Source of the DNA: Oscillospiraceae bacterium
GTDB taxonomy: Bacteria > Bacillota > Clostridia > Oscillospirales > Acutalibacteraceae
Assembly: GCA_022508805.1 (NCBI GenBank)
Contig: JAFLUM010000002.1
Location: 115,394-179,393 of the forward strand
Length of the DNA: 64,000 nucleotides
Reading direction: 5' to 3'
A program made the translations under genes and the position numbers. The notes under the pieces were generated by a model that did no database searches, was not told the DNA's origin, and saw only the letters and a program-made list of their open reading frames with translations. Positions 1 through 9,412 of the stretch are shown here, in pieces. Within the stretch, counting starts at the first letter, position 1; every line of letters begins with the position of its first letter.

Positions 1-48
1 GATTGTGATGGTTTTACTCGACAGACTGAAAAAGATTGTTAAAATGTC

Positions 49-76
49 TTGACATATAACCCCAACAGAGTATAAT
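49..76 (+). promoter_or_regulatory. candidate sigma-A promoter P1 upstream of metK leader (TTGACA-16-TATAAT)
   Basis: TTGACA at 49-54 and TATAAT at 71-76 read directly, with a 16-nt spacer. Confidence 0.35.
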
Positions 77-80
77 TAGT

Positions 81-109
81 TTGACAATTGCTTGCGCTTG
101 TTGTAGAAT
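81..109 (+). promoter_or_regulatory. candidate sigma-A promoter P2 for S-box/metK (TTGACA-17-TAGAAT)
   Basis: TTGACA at 81-86 and TAGAAT at 104-109 with a 17-nt spacer. The predicted start near 116 lies just 5' of the riboswitch P1 helix. Confidence 0.45.
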
Positions 110-119
110 ACTGTCAATT

Positions 120-265
120 GAATATCCTTATAAAGAGTGGCGGAGGGACAGGCCCTTTGAAGCCCGGCAACCTGCAAAGATGCAAGGTGCTAAATCCTGC
201 GGATATACCGAGAGATAAGGTTGATATTAAACACCCTTGTGTCTTGCAAGGGTGTTATTTTTTTC
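120..265 (+). promoter_or_regulatory. SAM-I (S-box) riboswitch with terminator expression platform
   Basis: S-box core strings are present at about 124-221: CTTATAAAGAG, GGCGGAGGGAC, GGCCC, TGAAGCCCGGCAACC, GGTGCTAAATCCTGC, GAGAGATAAGG. A terminator follows at 231-264 (ACACCCTT-loop-AAGGGTGT plus T-run), directly 5' of metK. Confidence 0.9.
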
Positions 266-278
266 GGAGGCGAATAAT

Positions 279-1466
279 ATGGCTAATTTTCTTTTTACAT
301 CGGAATCGGTTACTGAAGGACATCCCGACAAAATTTGCGACCGAATTTCAGATTCAATACTTGATGCGTTGCTCAGAGAGGACAAGCAGTCACGCGTTGC
401 CTGTGAGACCACCTGCACCACAGGTCAGGTACTTGTTATGGGCGAAATAACCTCAAACGCAAAAATTAACATTCCCGATATCGTTCGTCAAACAGTATGT
501 GAGATAGGTTATGACAGCAGTGAAAAAGGTTTTGACGGCAATACCTGCGCTGTTTTGGTCGCCCTTGATAAGCAGTCAGCCGACATTGCTCTCGGCGTTG
601 ACAAATCTCTTGAAATCAAAGACGGCGACGATGATTATTACAATCTTAACGGTGCCGGAGATCAGGGTATGATGTTCGGATTCGCCTGTGACGAGACTCC
701 CGAGCTTATGCCTATGCCCATATCAATGGCAAATAAGCTTGCTGTTCAGCTTACTAAGGTGAGAAAAGACGGTACTTTGCCTTATCTCCGTCCCGATGGC
801 AAAACACAGGTTACGGTCGAATATGACGACGACAGAAATCCCGTTAGAATAGATACTATAGTCGTCTCCTCACAGCACAGCGCTGACGCTGAGCTTGAGC
901 AGATTCGCGAGGACATTAAAAAATACGTTATCTCCCCCATTGTTCCTGCCAATCTTATGGACGAAAACACGAAAATTTTCGTTAATCCCACCGGAAGATT
1001 TGTAGTTGGCGGTCCTGCAGGCGACAGCGGACTTACCGGAAGGAAAATAATAGTCGATACATACGGCGGATATTCACGCCACGGCGGCGGAGCTTTTTCG
1101 GGTAAAGACCCGACAAAGGTTGACCGTTCTGCTGCATATGCGGCAAGATACGTTGCCAAGAACATTGTTGCAGCAGGGCTTGCGAAAAAATGTGAAATTC
1201 AGTTAGCCTATGCCATCGGCGTTGCAAAGCCTGTTTCCGTTATGGTTGACACATTTGGCACAGGAGTTTTAAAAGACTCAGAGCTTGCGGATATTATCAA
1301 CGAGGTATTTGATTTGAGACCTGCTGCAATAATCGACACCCTTAAACTTCGTAACCCGATATATAAGCAGCTTTCTGCTTACGGTCACGTCGGCAGAACG
1401 GACATTGATGTTATGTGGGAAAAGACCGACAAGGTCGATATTCTTAAAAATAAAGCAAAAATTTGA
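279..1466 (+). CDS. metK: S-adenosylmethionine synthetase
   Basis: MAT signatures [15 protein letters not shown] and GGGAFSGKD are present. I moved the start to ATG 279 (MANFLFTSE), which follows GGAGG at 266-270 and lies past the riboswitch terminator; the track ORF begins at 237. Confidence 0.97.
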   Translation: MANFLFTSESVTEGHPDKICDRISDSILDALLREDKQSRVACETTCTTGQVLVMGEITSNAKINIPDIVRQTVCEIGYDSSEKGFDGNTCAVLVALDKQSADIALGVDKSLEIKDGDDDYYNLNGAGDQGMMFGFACDETPELMPMPISMANKLAVQLTKVRKDGTLPYLRPDGKTQVTVEYDDDRNPVRIDTIVVSSQHSADAELEQIREDIKKYVISPIVPANLMDENTKIFVNPTGRFVVGGPAGDSGLTGRKIIVDTYGGYSRHGGGAFSGKDPTKVDRSAAYAARYVAKNIVAAGLAKKCEIQLAYAIGVAKPVSVMVDTFGTGVLKDSELADIINEVFDLRPAAIIDTLKLRNPIYKQLSAYGHVGRTDIDVMWEKTDKVDILKNKAKI

Positions 1467-1557
1467 TTTTTTGTCATTTTTATTTTTTAGTATAAAGTAA
1501 ATCATTTTACTCATAATAATCGTGCAGGAATTTTAACGCTATTATTAAGGAGTGATA

Positions 1558-1773
1558 ATGATGCTTGACAGAATTTCATTGATTCTTGTTATAATAGGTG
1601 CGATAAACTGGGGCTCGATCGGCTTATTTCAATTTGATATCGTCGCCTGGCTCTTCGGCGGTCAGGGCGCTATCATAAGCCGCATTATATACACAGTTGT
1701 TGCTCTTGCAGGAATATGGTGCCTGTCCCTTTTATTCCGCGAAAATGAAGTATTATCAACAAACGATGAATAA
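1558..1773 (+). CDS. DUF378 family small membrane protein
   Basis: A two-TM protein of about 70 aa with the pattern GAINWGSIGLF..D.V.WLFGG. AAGGAG at 1547-1552 favours ATG 1558/1561 over the track start at 1552. Confidence 0.8.
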   Translation: MMLDRISLILVIIGAINWGSIGLFQFDIVAWLFGGQGAIISRIIYTVVALAGIWCLSLLFRENEVLSTNDE

Positions 1774-1779
1774 AAATTC

Positions 1780-1809
1780 GGCTGTATCGCTTTTGATACA
1801 GCCGTTTTA
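1780..1809. terminator. bidirectional intrinsic terminator
   Basis: GGCTGTATC-gctttt-GATACAGCC followed by GTTTT, between convergent genes. Confidence 0.75.
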
Positions 1810-1813
1810 CATA

Positions 1814-3565
1814 TTATTCTGTTTTCATTTTGTCTATATGCTCCTTCTGAGGAGTCACATAAACCGTGTTGTAGGTGTTATAAATCACCTTACCGGGCTT
1901 TGCTCCAACAGGCTTTTTCACGTTTTTTACAAGCGTATAATCAACGGCGACAGACGATGAGTTCTTTGCTTTACTGTGAAATGCCGCTAAACAAGCCGCC
2001 TCTAAAATAGCCGTTTCGGATATTTCTTTTTTATCGGAAACGATTACAACGTGCGAGCCTGCCTGCTTTTGAACGTGTAGCCACATATCGTAATTTTTAG
2101 CAGTTTTAAGCGTAAGTCGGTCATTTTGAACGTTATTTCTGCCGACAAGTATTTTAAATCCGTCACTTGATAAGAATTCAAGGGTCGATAACGGCTTTTC
2201 CTTTTTATTTCTGCTCCCCTTTTTTGATTTAACATATCCGCCGCTTTCAAGCTCATCGCGTATCTCGGATATTTCTCGCTCTGTATCCGCTCTTGAAAGG
2301 TTATCAAGCACAGTATCAAGATATACAAGCTCCTGCTCGCCTTCCTCAATTAGGTCTTGCAACAGTTTACTTGCATTGACGGCCTTTTTATACTCTTTAA
2401 AATATTTCTGTGAGTTCTGCTGAGGTGTTAAAGCGGGATTTGCAGGAATTATCATTATCTTATTATTGTCATAATAATTCTCGACCTCGTATTCCGACGA
2501 TTTTTCCGTAAGTCTATACTGATTTGCGGTGATAAGCTCGGCATAGAGTCGTAAATCGTCACGTTTTTCACTTTGTAAAAGTTCAGCACGGCGATTGTTA
2601 ATTTTTCTTGCAGTTCTTTCAACTGCATTATTAAGTATTTTATAAAGGTCTGCTGCCCGACGTTTTATTCTATTTTGCCTGTCACGTTCAAAATAAAAAT
2701 CGTCAAGAAGCTCGGAGTATGTTTCATAATTTCTTTTTATGAGAGCATTATTGTACTGCCTTACATTGGTAAATGTTAAATCAAACGGCAGATTTTCCTG
2801 TGTGAGCAACATTTGAGGCGTAGTTTTGTTTTTTAACTCGTTTTGTATATTTGAGATTTCCGTTTCCAGTCGCTCTTTTTCTATTTGTGAAAGTAATCCG
2901 GTCTGTTTATCTCCGAAAACAGTTCTGTAGGCAATTTCACGGCAGACTATCGGTGAAAATCCCTCAACCGCTTCAAGTACGGCTTTAGAGAGCATTTTAT
3001 CGCTGTATTCACCTATTTTTTCGGATATCTCCCCTGCGCTGACTGCATAAATATCGCATTTATTTTGTTGTGGCGGCAATTCGTACTTAAGTCCCGGTAA
3101 AATTTCGCGCACGGATGATTTATTTTCATCAATTCTTTTTACCGCGTCAAGAATTTTGTATTCACTGTCGCAAAGGATAACGTTACTGCGTTGTGCCATA
3201 ATTTCACAGATAAGATGATACTGAGTTTTGTCCCCTATCTCAGTAGTTCCGTTAAAATCAAAAATCAGTATTCGGTCATTATTTATTTGACGGATACACG
3301 CAAGTGTTGAACCGACTAGCCTTTTTCTGAAGAGCATACAGAGCATCGGCGGAGTTTTGGGATTATCAAGGGAATATCTTGTCAAATGCACTCGGGGACT
3401 TTGCCCGTCGCATGATGCATACATTCTGAATGCGCCGTTTCGGGTACGGAAAATAAACACCAACTCATTTTTTGAGGGTTGGTGTATTTTTTCTACCTTT
3501 GCTCCGATTATATAGCCTTCAAGCTCATTTTTAACAAGTCCAAGTGTTATTCCGTCGAGTGCCAT
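1814..3565 (-). CDS. rqcH: ribosome quality-control protein RqcH (fibronectin-binding protein A / NFACT family)
   Basis: A 583-aa protein with an NFACT-N-like N-terminus (MALDGITL..EL..Y..GAKVEKIHQP), a central coiled coil and a C-terminal NFACT-R-like region (WLHVQKQAGSHVVI). Confidence 0.85.
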   Translation of the reverse strand: MALDGITLGLVKNELEGYIIGAKVEKIHQPSKNELVFIFRTRNGAFRMYASCDGQSPRVHLTRYSLDNPKTPPMLCMLFRKRLVGSTLACIRQINNDRILIFDFNGTTEIGDKTQYHLICEIMAQRSNVILCDSEYKILDAVKRIDENKSSVREILPGLKYELPPQQNKCDIYAVSAGEISEKIGEYSDKMLSKAVLEAVEGFSPIVCREIAYRTVFGDKQTGLLSQIEKERLETEISNIQNELKNKTTPQMLLTQENLPFDLTFTNVRQYNNALIKRNYETYSELLDDFYFERDRQNRIKRRAADLYKILNNAVERTARKINNRRAELLQSEKRDDLRLYAELITANQYRLTEKSSEYEVENYYDNNKIMIIPANPALTPQQNSQKYFKEYKKAVNASKLLQDLIEEGEQELVYLDTVLDNLSRADTEREISEIRDELESGGYVKSKKGSRNKKEKPLSTLEFLSSDGFKILVGRNNVQNDRLTLKTAKNYDMWLHVQKQAGSHVVIVSDKKEISETAILEAACLAAFHSKAKNSSSVAVDYTLVKNVKKPVGAKPGKVIYNTYNTVYVTPQKEHIDKMKTE

Positions 3566-3574
3566 AAAAACCTC

Positions 3575-4318
3575 TTATATAGTAATTACAGGTGAAGATT
3601 CCTTTGCGATTACACAATCAAGTCCGAATTTATTTTTAATTCTATCTGCAAGGGGCTTCACAGCGAGAATTTCAGTCTCAAAATGTCCGGCACAGATAAG
3701 TGACATTCCGTATTCATCGGCATCAAGAAAATCGTGATGGGAGCCGTCACCGGTAAGTAATGCGTTGCAGCCAATATCACGGGCAGCGGTGAGATAATCA
3801 CTGCCGCTTCCGCTGCAAACTGCGATTTTGTTAAGAATATTTGAACCGTTATTGTACCGTACCGTTCCGCCCAAAAGCTCTTTAATGCTTGATGCAAATT
3901 TATCGGCAGGGATCCCATCCTCTAATATTCCTATATTTAATGGAACATCACTGCATTTAGTATAGCTCACAAAGCCTACTGCATCACATAAAATATCGTT
4001 TACTCCGCCGACAGCAATATCGTAATTTGTATGAGCGCAAATTATGCTCAATCCGTTTTTAATCAACTTATAGACAAGGCTGTCCTTGGGAACGGAGTAA
4101 AGCGGCTTGAAAATAATCGGATGATGTGTGATTATTAAATCAACATTTTGTTTTGCCGCCTGTTCGATTATATCGGACGTGATATCGAGAGCAAACAGGA
4201 TTTTTTCTATCTTTTTATCGGCGTCTCCTATTAAAAGTCCTGCGTTGTCCCATTCCTCGGCAGTATCAAACGGCGCAAAACCGTCAATAAAATTATAAAT
4301 ATCTTTTACCGTTGCCAT
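3575..4318 (-). CDS. Nif3-like dinuclear metal center protein
   Basis: NIF3/YbgI-type N-terminus (AEEWDNAGLLIGD, ITHHPIIF) and the typical 247-aa length. It lies downstream of trmK, as in the yqfN-yqfO pair. Confidence 0.85.
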   Translation of the reverse strand: MATVKDIYNFIDGFAPFDTAEEWDNAGLLIGDADKKIEKILFALDITSDIIEQAAKQNVDLIITHHPIIFKPLYSVPKDSLVYKLIKNGLSIICAHTNYDIAVGGVNDILCDAVGFVSYTKCSDVPLNIGILEDGIPADKFASSIKELLGGTVRYNNGSNILNKIAVCSGSGSDYLTAARDIGCNALLTGDGSHHDFLDADEYGMSLICAGHFETEILAVKPLADRIKNKFGLDCVIAKESSPVITI

Positions 4319-4983
4319 TTTCTTAACTCCGTAACTATATTTCTCAATAATTCACATTCCTTGTGAGCATCTTCTAACGCGCCAAGCTTTTTATTATACC
4401 TGTCATATAAGTGACATAAATATTCTTTTGAAAGTTCGTCATTATTTTGCGGCAGTTTCCCGACTATCAAATCAATTTCGTCGTATTCCCTTTTTTTCCC
4501 GCCGTGAAAAGCGCTGATAACCACATACAGCTTGCCGCCCACGCTTGCGGCACATTCACGGTCTATGTAAAAGCCGTTATCGTAAAGGGTTTTTCGCAGT
4601 TCTTCGGAATGAGTCATCGGCTGCAATATCAAATGTGTATCGGGATTTTTAATCCAATTTGCGCGTTCGATGAATTCAGAAATGAGCAAGCCGCCCATTC
4701 CAGCCACGGCAATTTCAGTGACCTCATACGGTTCAAAATTATCGAGTCCGTTAGAAAGTCGCAATTCTATTTTATCCTGCAATCCGTGTTCATTAACTGT
4801 TTCACGTCCGTTATTTAGCGGACCTTTACGCAAATCAGAAGCTATGGCACGTTTTGCAATACCGTTTTCTACAAGATAAATAGGCAAGTACGCGTGATCC
4901 GTGCCGATATCGGCAAACACATCACACTGTCTTACCATATTTGCCACGGCAGTCAACCGCTCATCAAGACGCACAGAATTCAC
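4306..4983 (-). CDS. trmK: tRNA (adenine22-N1)-methyltransferase
   Basis: TrmK-like N-terminus (RLTAVANMV...ADIGTDHAYLPIYLV). It overlaps the nif3 start by 13 nt. Confidence 0.85.
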   Translation of the reverse strand: MNSVRLDERLTAVANMVRQCDVFADIGTDHAYLPIYLVENGIAKRAIASDLRKGPLNNGRETVNEHGLQDKIELRLSNGLDNFEPYEVTEIAVAGMGGLLISEFIERANWIKNPDTHLILQPMTHSEELRKTLYDNGFYIDRECAASVGGKLYVVISAFHGGKKREYDEIDLIVGKLPQNNDELSKEYLCHLYDRYNKKLGALEDAHKECELLRNIVTELRKWQR

Positions 4984-5031
4984 CTCATTAACAAAATCCC
5001 CCTCTGAACAAGGGGGATCATACCGTTATTT

Positions 5032-5238
5032 TTACGCGTTGTTTTTGATAAACTCGTTGATCTCAGCTACGAACTCGTCCGGGTCAACGCCGTGAACCAT
5101 ACATGCCTGCTCAACGGTCTCGCCTCTTGCTGACGGGCAGCCGAGACAATGCATTCCGAGATTAAGGAAAAACGGAACTGTTTCTCTTGCGTTATCAAGA
5201 ATTTCGCCGATATTCATTTCCTTTTTAACTTCAAACAT
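5032..5238 (-). CDS. DUF1858 / hybrid-cluster-associated redox disulfide small protein
   Basis: A 68-aa protein with the GMHCLGCP motif and HGVD..EF..E.N tail typical of this family. Confidence 0.75.
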   Translation of the reverse strand: MFEVKKEMNIGEILDNARETVPFFLNLGMHCLGCPSARGETVEQACMVHGVDPDEFVAEINEFIKNNA

Positions 5239-5240
5239 TT

Positions 5241-8200
5241 TTATTCTCCTTTTGACACTGAAATGATAACTTTTTTATCGTTAACGGTAAATTCCTTTGT
5301 GAGATCTGCGGTAATTTCACCGTTTAAGACAAGCTTGTCTGCAAGAAGCTCGCTTGCGATATGATCTTTATTCTCGCTGAGAGCATTTAATATAAAATCA
5401 TCTTCAGTTGAAATTGCTGCAGTGATGTGTTGCTCGACCTGATAGCCGGCTTCTTTTCTGATGATCTGACACTGGCGGACAATATCTCTTACAGTACCGT
5501 CCTTCAACAGCTCGTCAGTAAGAACAACATCGAGAGCAACAACGCATTTATCGGCAAATTCTGCTGAAACTATGCCCTTCTTGGTTCTGGACTGAACCGT
5601 GAAGATAGAACTGTCATATTCGTCGTCCCAACCGGGAACGGTGACGCTTCCGCCCGCGACAACGGCATCGGTAAGGGCAGCCATATCATCTTCGGAAAGT
5701 GTTTCAAGCGTTTGCTTCATCTTATTGACGTTCTGCTTGAGAACAGCACCTGCCACCTTAAAGTTAACAGTAAGGAATTTGTCCTCAAGAACATTTACGT
5801 CGTCAATATACTCAATGGACTTAATATTAAGCTCGTCAAGAATATTTTTCTCAAAAGCCTTAATTTTATCCGCCTTATCAGCATCACAGCAGACAAATAT
5901 CTTACCGAGCGGCTGACGAACCTTGATTTGCTGCTCGTTACGTAGGCGCATTGCAACAGCGATTACTTCACGCGAAAGCTGTGTTTTTTCGATTATTCCG
6001 TCATCTTCAATGCCCTCAATAACTGTCGGCCAGTCGCTTAAGTGTACTGACTCTGCTGAGTTCGGTTCGACCTTTTTAACAAGCTCCTGCCAAATATGCT
6101 CAGTCATAAACGGAATTATCGGTGCCATTACCTGAACACAAGCCTTAAGAGCGTTGAACAGTGTCCAGTAGGCTATCATCTTATCCTGCTCGTCGCCTGT
6201 TTTCCAGAAACGGCGGCGGTTAGTTCTGATGTACCAATTGGAAATATCGTCTACAAACTGCTCAAAGTCCTTGACAAGTACAAAGGTTTTGTAGCCTTCC
6301 ATAGACTCAGTGGCTTTTTTAATAAACTCATTCGTTCTGACGACAAGCCATTTATCCGTTGGTGTCATAAGTGAAACGTCAGGCTTGTAATCGGTGAAAT
6401 CGGGCTTATCTATTTGAGCATAGGTTTCAAAGAAGGTATAGATGTTCCAGAAAGAAAGCATCTTTCTTCTTGCCTCGTCACCCAAATTATAACCGAAACG
6501 AACATCATTTGAATTGGGAGCACCGGCGTAAAGATAACGAATTGTATCTGCACCTATCTTTTCTGCCGCCTCGTCAAATTTTATCATAAATCCGGTCTTT
6601 GAGAACTTTGTTCCGTCCTCAGCAACAACCGTGCTGTTGGTAAGAACTCGCTCGTAAGGTGCTACGCCTTCCAAAACCGTACTCATAAAGAGCATTGAAT
6701 AGAACCACAGACGAACCTGCTCGTGCATTTCGGTTACCCACTCAGCAGGGAAATTCTTTTTCCAAGCTTCCCTGTCGGTAAAATAACCCAAGGTGGAGAA
6801 CGGAACTATGCCTGCATCAAGCCAAACGTCGCCGATTTCCGGCACGCGGGATACCTCTTTACCGCAGTGCGGACATTTGATTTTGATTTCATCGACCCAA
6901 GGTCTGTGGAGCTCGGGCAGCGCATCAACCATTTCGGGCTCTACAGCAAGCTCACGAAGCTCCGCTTTTGAACCGATAACGGTAGTATGTCCGCAGTCGC
7001 AGGGATAGAAGGGCAACGGCATTCCGTAATAACGCTTACGGGAAATGTTCCAGTCACCCATATTATTGAGCCAGTCGTTCATACGCTTACCGTTTGACGC
7101 AGGCTCCCATTTTACGGAATTAGCCGCCTCAATGAGCTTGGGCTTGATCTCGCTTGTGCGGATATACCAAGCGGGAACAAGACGGAAAACCACCTCGGAT
7201 TTACAGCGCCAACAAACGGGATAGCTGTGCTCGTGAGGCTCTACCTTATAAAGCTTATTACTATCTTTTAAATGCTCAAAAACCTCGTCGGCAACGGTAT
7301 GGCTGTCCTTGCCTGTCATCCAGCCGAAGCCGTCAAGATAAATACCCATATCGTCAATGGGCATAACCTTGGGAAGTCCCAATCGCTCGCCCAGCTCAAA
7401 GTCCTCAATACCGCATCCGGGAGCAATGTGCACAACGCCTGTACCTTCATCGGCGGCAACGTCCTCCCACGGAACGATCTTATGCTCGATACCCTCCTGT
7501 GCGGGAATATCGGGGAAGCAGGTCTCATAATGAAGTCCAACAAGCTCCTCGCCTTTTAACGCTCTGACGACCTCAAGCTTATCGTCGCCGAGATATTTGA
7601 TAGCATTCTTGGCAAGAATAAGAGTTTGACTGTCGCTCTTTATGCGAACCTCAACATAATCGATTTCGGGATTAACTGCAAGGGCAACGTTTGATGAAAG
7701 AGTCCACGGAGTTGTTGTCCATACAAGGATTTTGGAATCCAATTCTTTAATGGGAAGCTTAAAGAAAACGGAATTATGGGTCATCAACTTATAAGAGCCT
7801 GTCATTTCGTGCTCGGAAAGCGATGTTCCGCAACGCGGGCACCACGGCATAGGCTTATATTCACGCTGAATCCAGCCGTGAGAATCGCAGACCTTTAAGA
7901 AATGCCAAATTCCCTGAATATTTAAGTCGGTATTCGTAAAATATGAATTGTCCCAATCCATCCACTGACCGAGTCTTTTGGACTGTTCGGTAATTATCGA
8001 AGAAAAATGCTTTACCCGCTCAACACACTGACGGGTAAACTTGTCCATTCCGTACTCTTCAATATCCTTTTTGGTTTTAAAGCCAAGCTCTTTTTCGACC
8101 TCGACCTCGACCCAAAGACCCTGCGAATCAAAGCCGTTCTGCCTGCGGCAGTCATACCCGCGCATAGATTTATAGCGTATAAAAATATCCTTAATACTTC

Positions 8201-8387
8201 TGCCCCATGCGTGGTGAATACCCATAGGGTTGTTTGCGGTAATAGGACCGTCAAGGAATCGGAACATCTCGTGCCCCTTATTTTTCTCGACAAGCTTTTG
8301 ATAATACTTTTCGTTCTCCCAAAGCTCCATTACACGGTGCTCAAGGTCAACAAAAAGATTTTTCTCATCAGCCACTATTATTTCCAC
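5241..8387 (-). CDS. ileS: isoleucine--tRNA ligase, long (type 2) form
   Basis: A 1048-aa class I aaRS with a HIGH-like motif (GIHHAWGR), a KMSKS-like motif (KFSKT) and a CP1 editing insert. AAGGTGG precedes a second GTG at 8375, which may be the real start. Confidence 0.95.
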   Translation of the reverse strand: MEIIVADEKNLFVDLEHRVMELWENEKYYQKLVEKNKGHEMFRFLDGPITANNPMGIHHAWGRSIKDIFIRYKSMRGYDCRRQNGFDSQGLWVEVEVEKELGFKTKKDIEEYGMDKFTRQCVERVKHFSSIITEQSKRLGQWMDWDNSYFTNTDLNIQGIWHFLKVCDSHGWIQREYKPMPWCPRCGTSLSEHEMTGSYKLMTHNSVFFKLPIKELDSKILVWTTTPWTLSSNVALAVNPEIDYVEVRIKSDSQTLILAKNAIKYLGDDKLEVVRALKGEELVGLHYETCFPDIPAQEGIEHKIVPWEDVAADEGTGVVHIAPGCGIEDFELGERLGLPKVMPIDDMGIYLDGFGWMTGKDSHTVADEVFEHLKDSNKLYKVEPHEHSYPVCWRCKSEVVFRLVPAWYIRTSEIKPKLIEAANSVKWEPASNGKRMNDWLNNMGDWNISRKRYYGMPLPFYPCDCGHTTVIGSKAELRELAVEPEMVDALPELHRPWVDEIKIKCPHCGKEVSRVPEIGDVWLDAGIVPFSTLGYFTDREAWKKNFPAEWVTEMHEQVRLWFYSMLFMSTVLEGVAPYERVLTNSTVVAEDGTKFSKTGFMIKFDEAAEKIGADTIRYLYAGAPNSNDVRFGYNLGDEARRKMLSFWNIYTFFETYAQIDKPDFTDYKPDVSLMTPTDKWLVVRTNEFIKKATESMEGYKTFVLVKDFEQFVDDISNWYIRTNRRRFWKTGDEQDKMIAYWTLFNALKACVQVMAPIIPFMTEHIWQELVKKVEPNSAESVHLSDWPTVIEGIEDDGIIEKTQLSREVIAVAMRLRNEQQIKVRQPLGKIFVCCDADKADKIKAFEKNILDELNIKSIEYIDDVNVLEDKFLTVNFKVAGAVLKQNVNKMKQTLETLSEDDMAALTDAVVAGGSVTVPGWDDEYDSSIFTVQSRTKKGIVSAEFADKCVVALDVVLTDELLKDGTVRDIVRQCQIIRKEAGYQVEQHITAAISTEDDFILNALSENKDHIASELLADKLVLNGEITADLTKEFTVNDKKVIISVSKGE

Positions 8388-8426
8388 CTTTCAAGTGTTA
8401 TATATACCTAAAATTTAACAGATAAT

Positions 8427-8454
8427 ATTATACACTAATACCGCGAAAATTCAA
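8427..8454 (-). promoter_or_regulatory. candidate sigma-A promoter of ileS (TTGAAT-16-TATAAT)
   Basis: On the minus strand, TTGAAT (plus 8449-8454) and TATAAT (plus 8427-8432) are separated by 16 nt. This leaves a leader of only about 35-45 nt. Confidence 0.4.
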
Positions 8455-8519
8455 GATATTTATTGCAAAAAATACAGATATTATGACATATCATCAGAAC
8501 AAATGGTGTTGTAGATAAT

Positions 8520-8771
8520 TTATTTCATATTCATATACTTTTCTTTTGTAGCAAGTCCGCCGCGGATATGTCTTTGCGCCTTATTGACCTCAAGCACCTG
8601 TCTGACCTGCCCATAGAGTCCCGGATTTAAATTTTTAAGTCTTTGTGCAACATCCATATGCACTGTGCTTTTGCTTATTCCGAAAACCTTTGCGGCCGCT
8701 CTTACAGTAGCCTTATTCTCCACTATGTATTCACCGAGTCTTGCTGCTCTCTCCTCAACCAAATCTTTCAA
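8520..8771 (-). CDS. spoIIID: sporulation transcriptional regulator SpoIIID
   Basis: An 83-aa protein closely patterned on SpoIIID (E.A.R.GEYIVE.KATVR..AK.FG.SKSTVH.D...RL...NP.L...V..VL..NK..RH.RGG.ATK.KY). It has a TTG start 7 nt after GGAGGG. Confidence 0.9.
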   Translation of the reverse strand: MKDLVEERAARLGEYIVENKATVRAAAKVFGISKSTVHMDVAQRLKNLNPGLYGQVRQVLEVNKAQRHIRGGLATKEKYMNMK

Positions 8772-8800
8772 AGTAATGCCCTCCTTTGACTATCAATAAA

Positions 8801-8829
8801 AGATTATGAGCAAAAAAGGGCTTTTATTA
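8801..8829 (-). promoter_or_regulatory. candidate sigma-E-type promoter for spoIIID
   Basis: The minus strand reads TAATAAA-14 nt-CATAATCT, compared with the B. subtilis sigma-E consensus kmATAtt-14-CATAcanT. It sits about 30 nt before the start codon. The match is partial. Confidence 0.3.
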
Positions 8830-8856
8830 CTTAAATCAGCGAACTATGGCACATAC

Positions 8857-8884
8857 TTGATTTTTTTGAATTGTATGCTAAAAT
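8857..8884 (+). promoter_or_regulatory. candidate sigma-A promoter (TTGATT-16-TGcTAAAAT)
   Basis: TTGATT at 8857-8862 and an extended -10 TGcTAAAAT at 8876-8884, upstream of the phosphatase gene. Confidence 0.45.
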
Positions 8885-8919
8885 ACTTAATGTTAAAAGC
8901 AATATTGGCGGTGTAAAAT

Positions 8920-9369
8920 ATGATAAAAATTATGTTCGTCTGCCACGGCAATATATGCCGCTCACCGATGGCAGAGTTTGTTATGAAGAATATTGTGCGA
9001 AAGAACGGTGACGACGGACGCTTTTATATCTGCTCTGCCGCGACAAGCAATGAAGAGATCGGTCACGATATACACCGCGGCACAAAACAAATTTTAAAAG
9101 AGAAAAACATCCCTTTTCATCGGCGTGAAGCCGTCCGTCTCACGAAAAACGACTACGAAAAATATGATTATATCATAGGTATGGACAGCTATAATTTTCA
9201 GAATATTTTGAAAATCTTCGGCTGTGATCCTGAGGAAAAAGTACATCTTTTACTTTCGTTTGCGGATATAGACAGAAATATCGCTGACCCGTGGTACACG
9301 AATGATTTTGAGTGCACCTATAATGATATTCTAAAGGGATGCACTGCACTCTACAGCAAATTGAAATAA
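8920..9369 (+). CDS. low-molecular-weight protein-tyrosine/arsenate-type phosphatase
   Basis: N-terminal P-loop CHGNICRS (CX5R), a DPW motif near the C-terminus, and 149 aa in length. Confidence 0.9.
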   Translation: MIKIMFVCHGNICRSPMAEFVMKNIVRKNGDDGRFYICSAATSNEEIGHDIHRGTKQILKEKNIPFHRREAVRLTKNDYEKYDYIIGMDSYNFQNILKIFGCDPEEKVHLLLSFADIDRNIADPWYTNDFECTYNDILKGCTALYSKLK

Positions 9370-9374
9370 AAGTT

Positions 9375-9412
9375 CGACCTCAAAAGCTTACACGCTTCTG
9401 AGGTCGTTTTCT
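9375..9412. terminator. bidirectional intrinsic terminator
   Basis: CGACCTCA-16 nt loop-TGAGGTCG followed by TTTTCT. It has an A/T run on the other side and lies between convergent genes. Confidence 0.7.

Noticed and set aside
8388-8519. A possible T-box leader for ileS.
   Set aside because: Only 132 bp are available, and a good promoter lies about 40 nt from the start. No specifier-loop or T-box (AANNNGGGTGGTACCGCG-like) sequence is visible.
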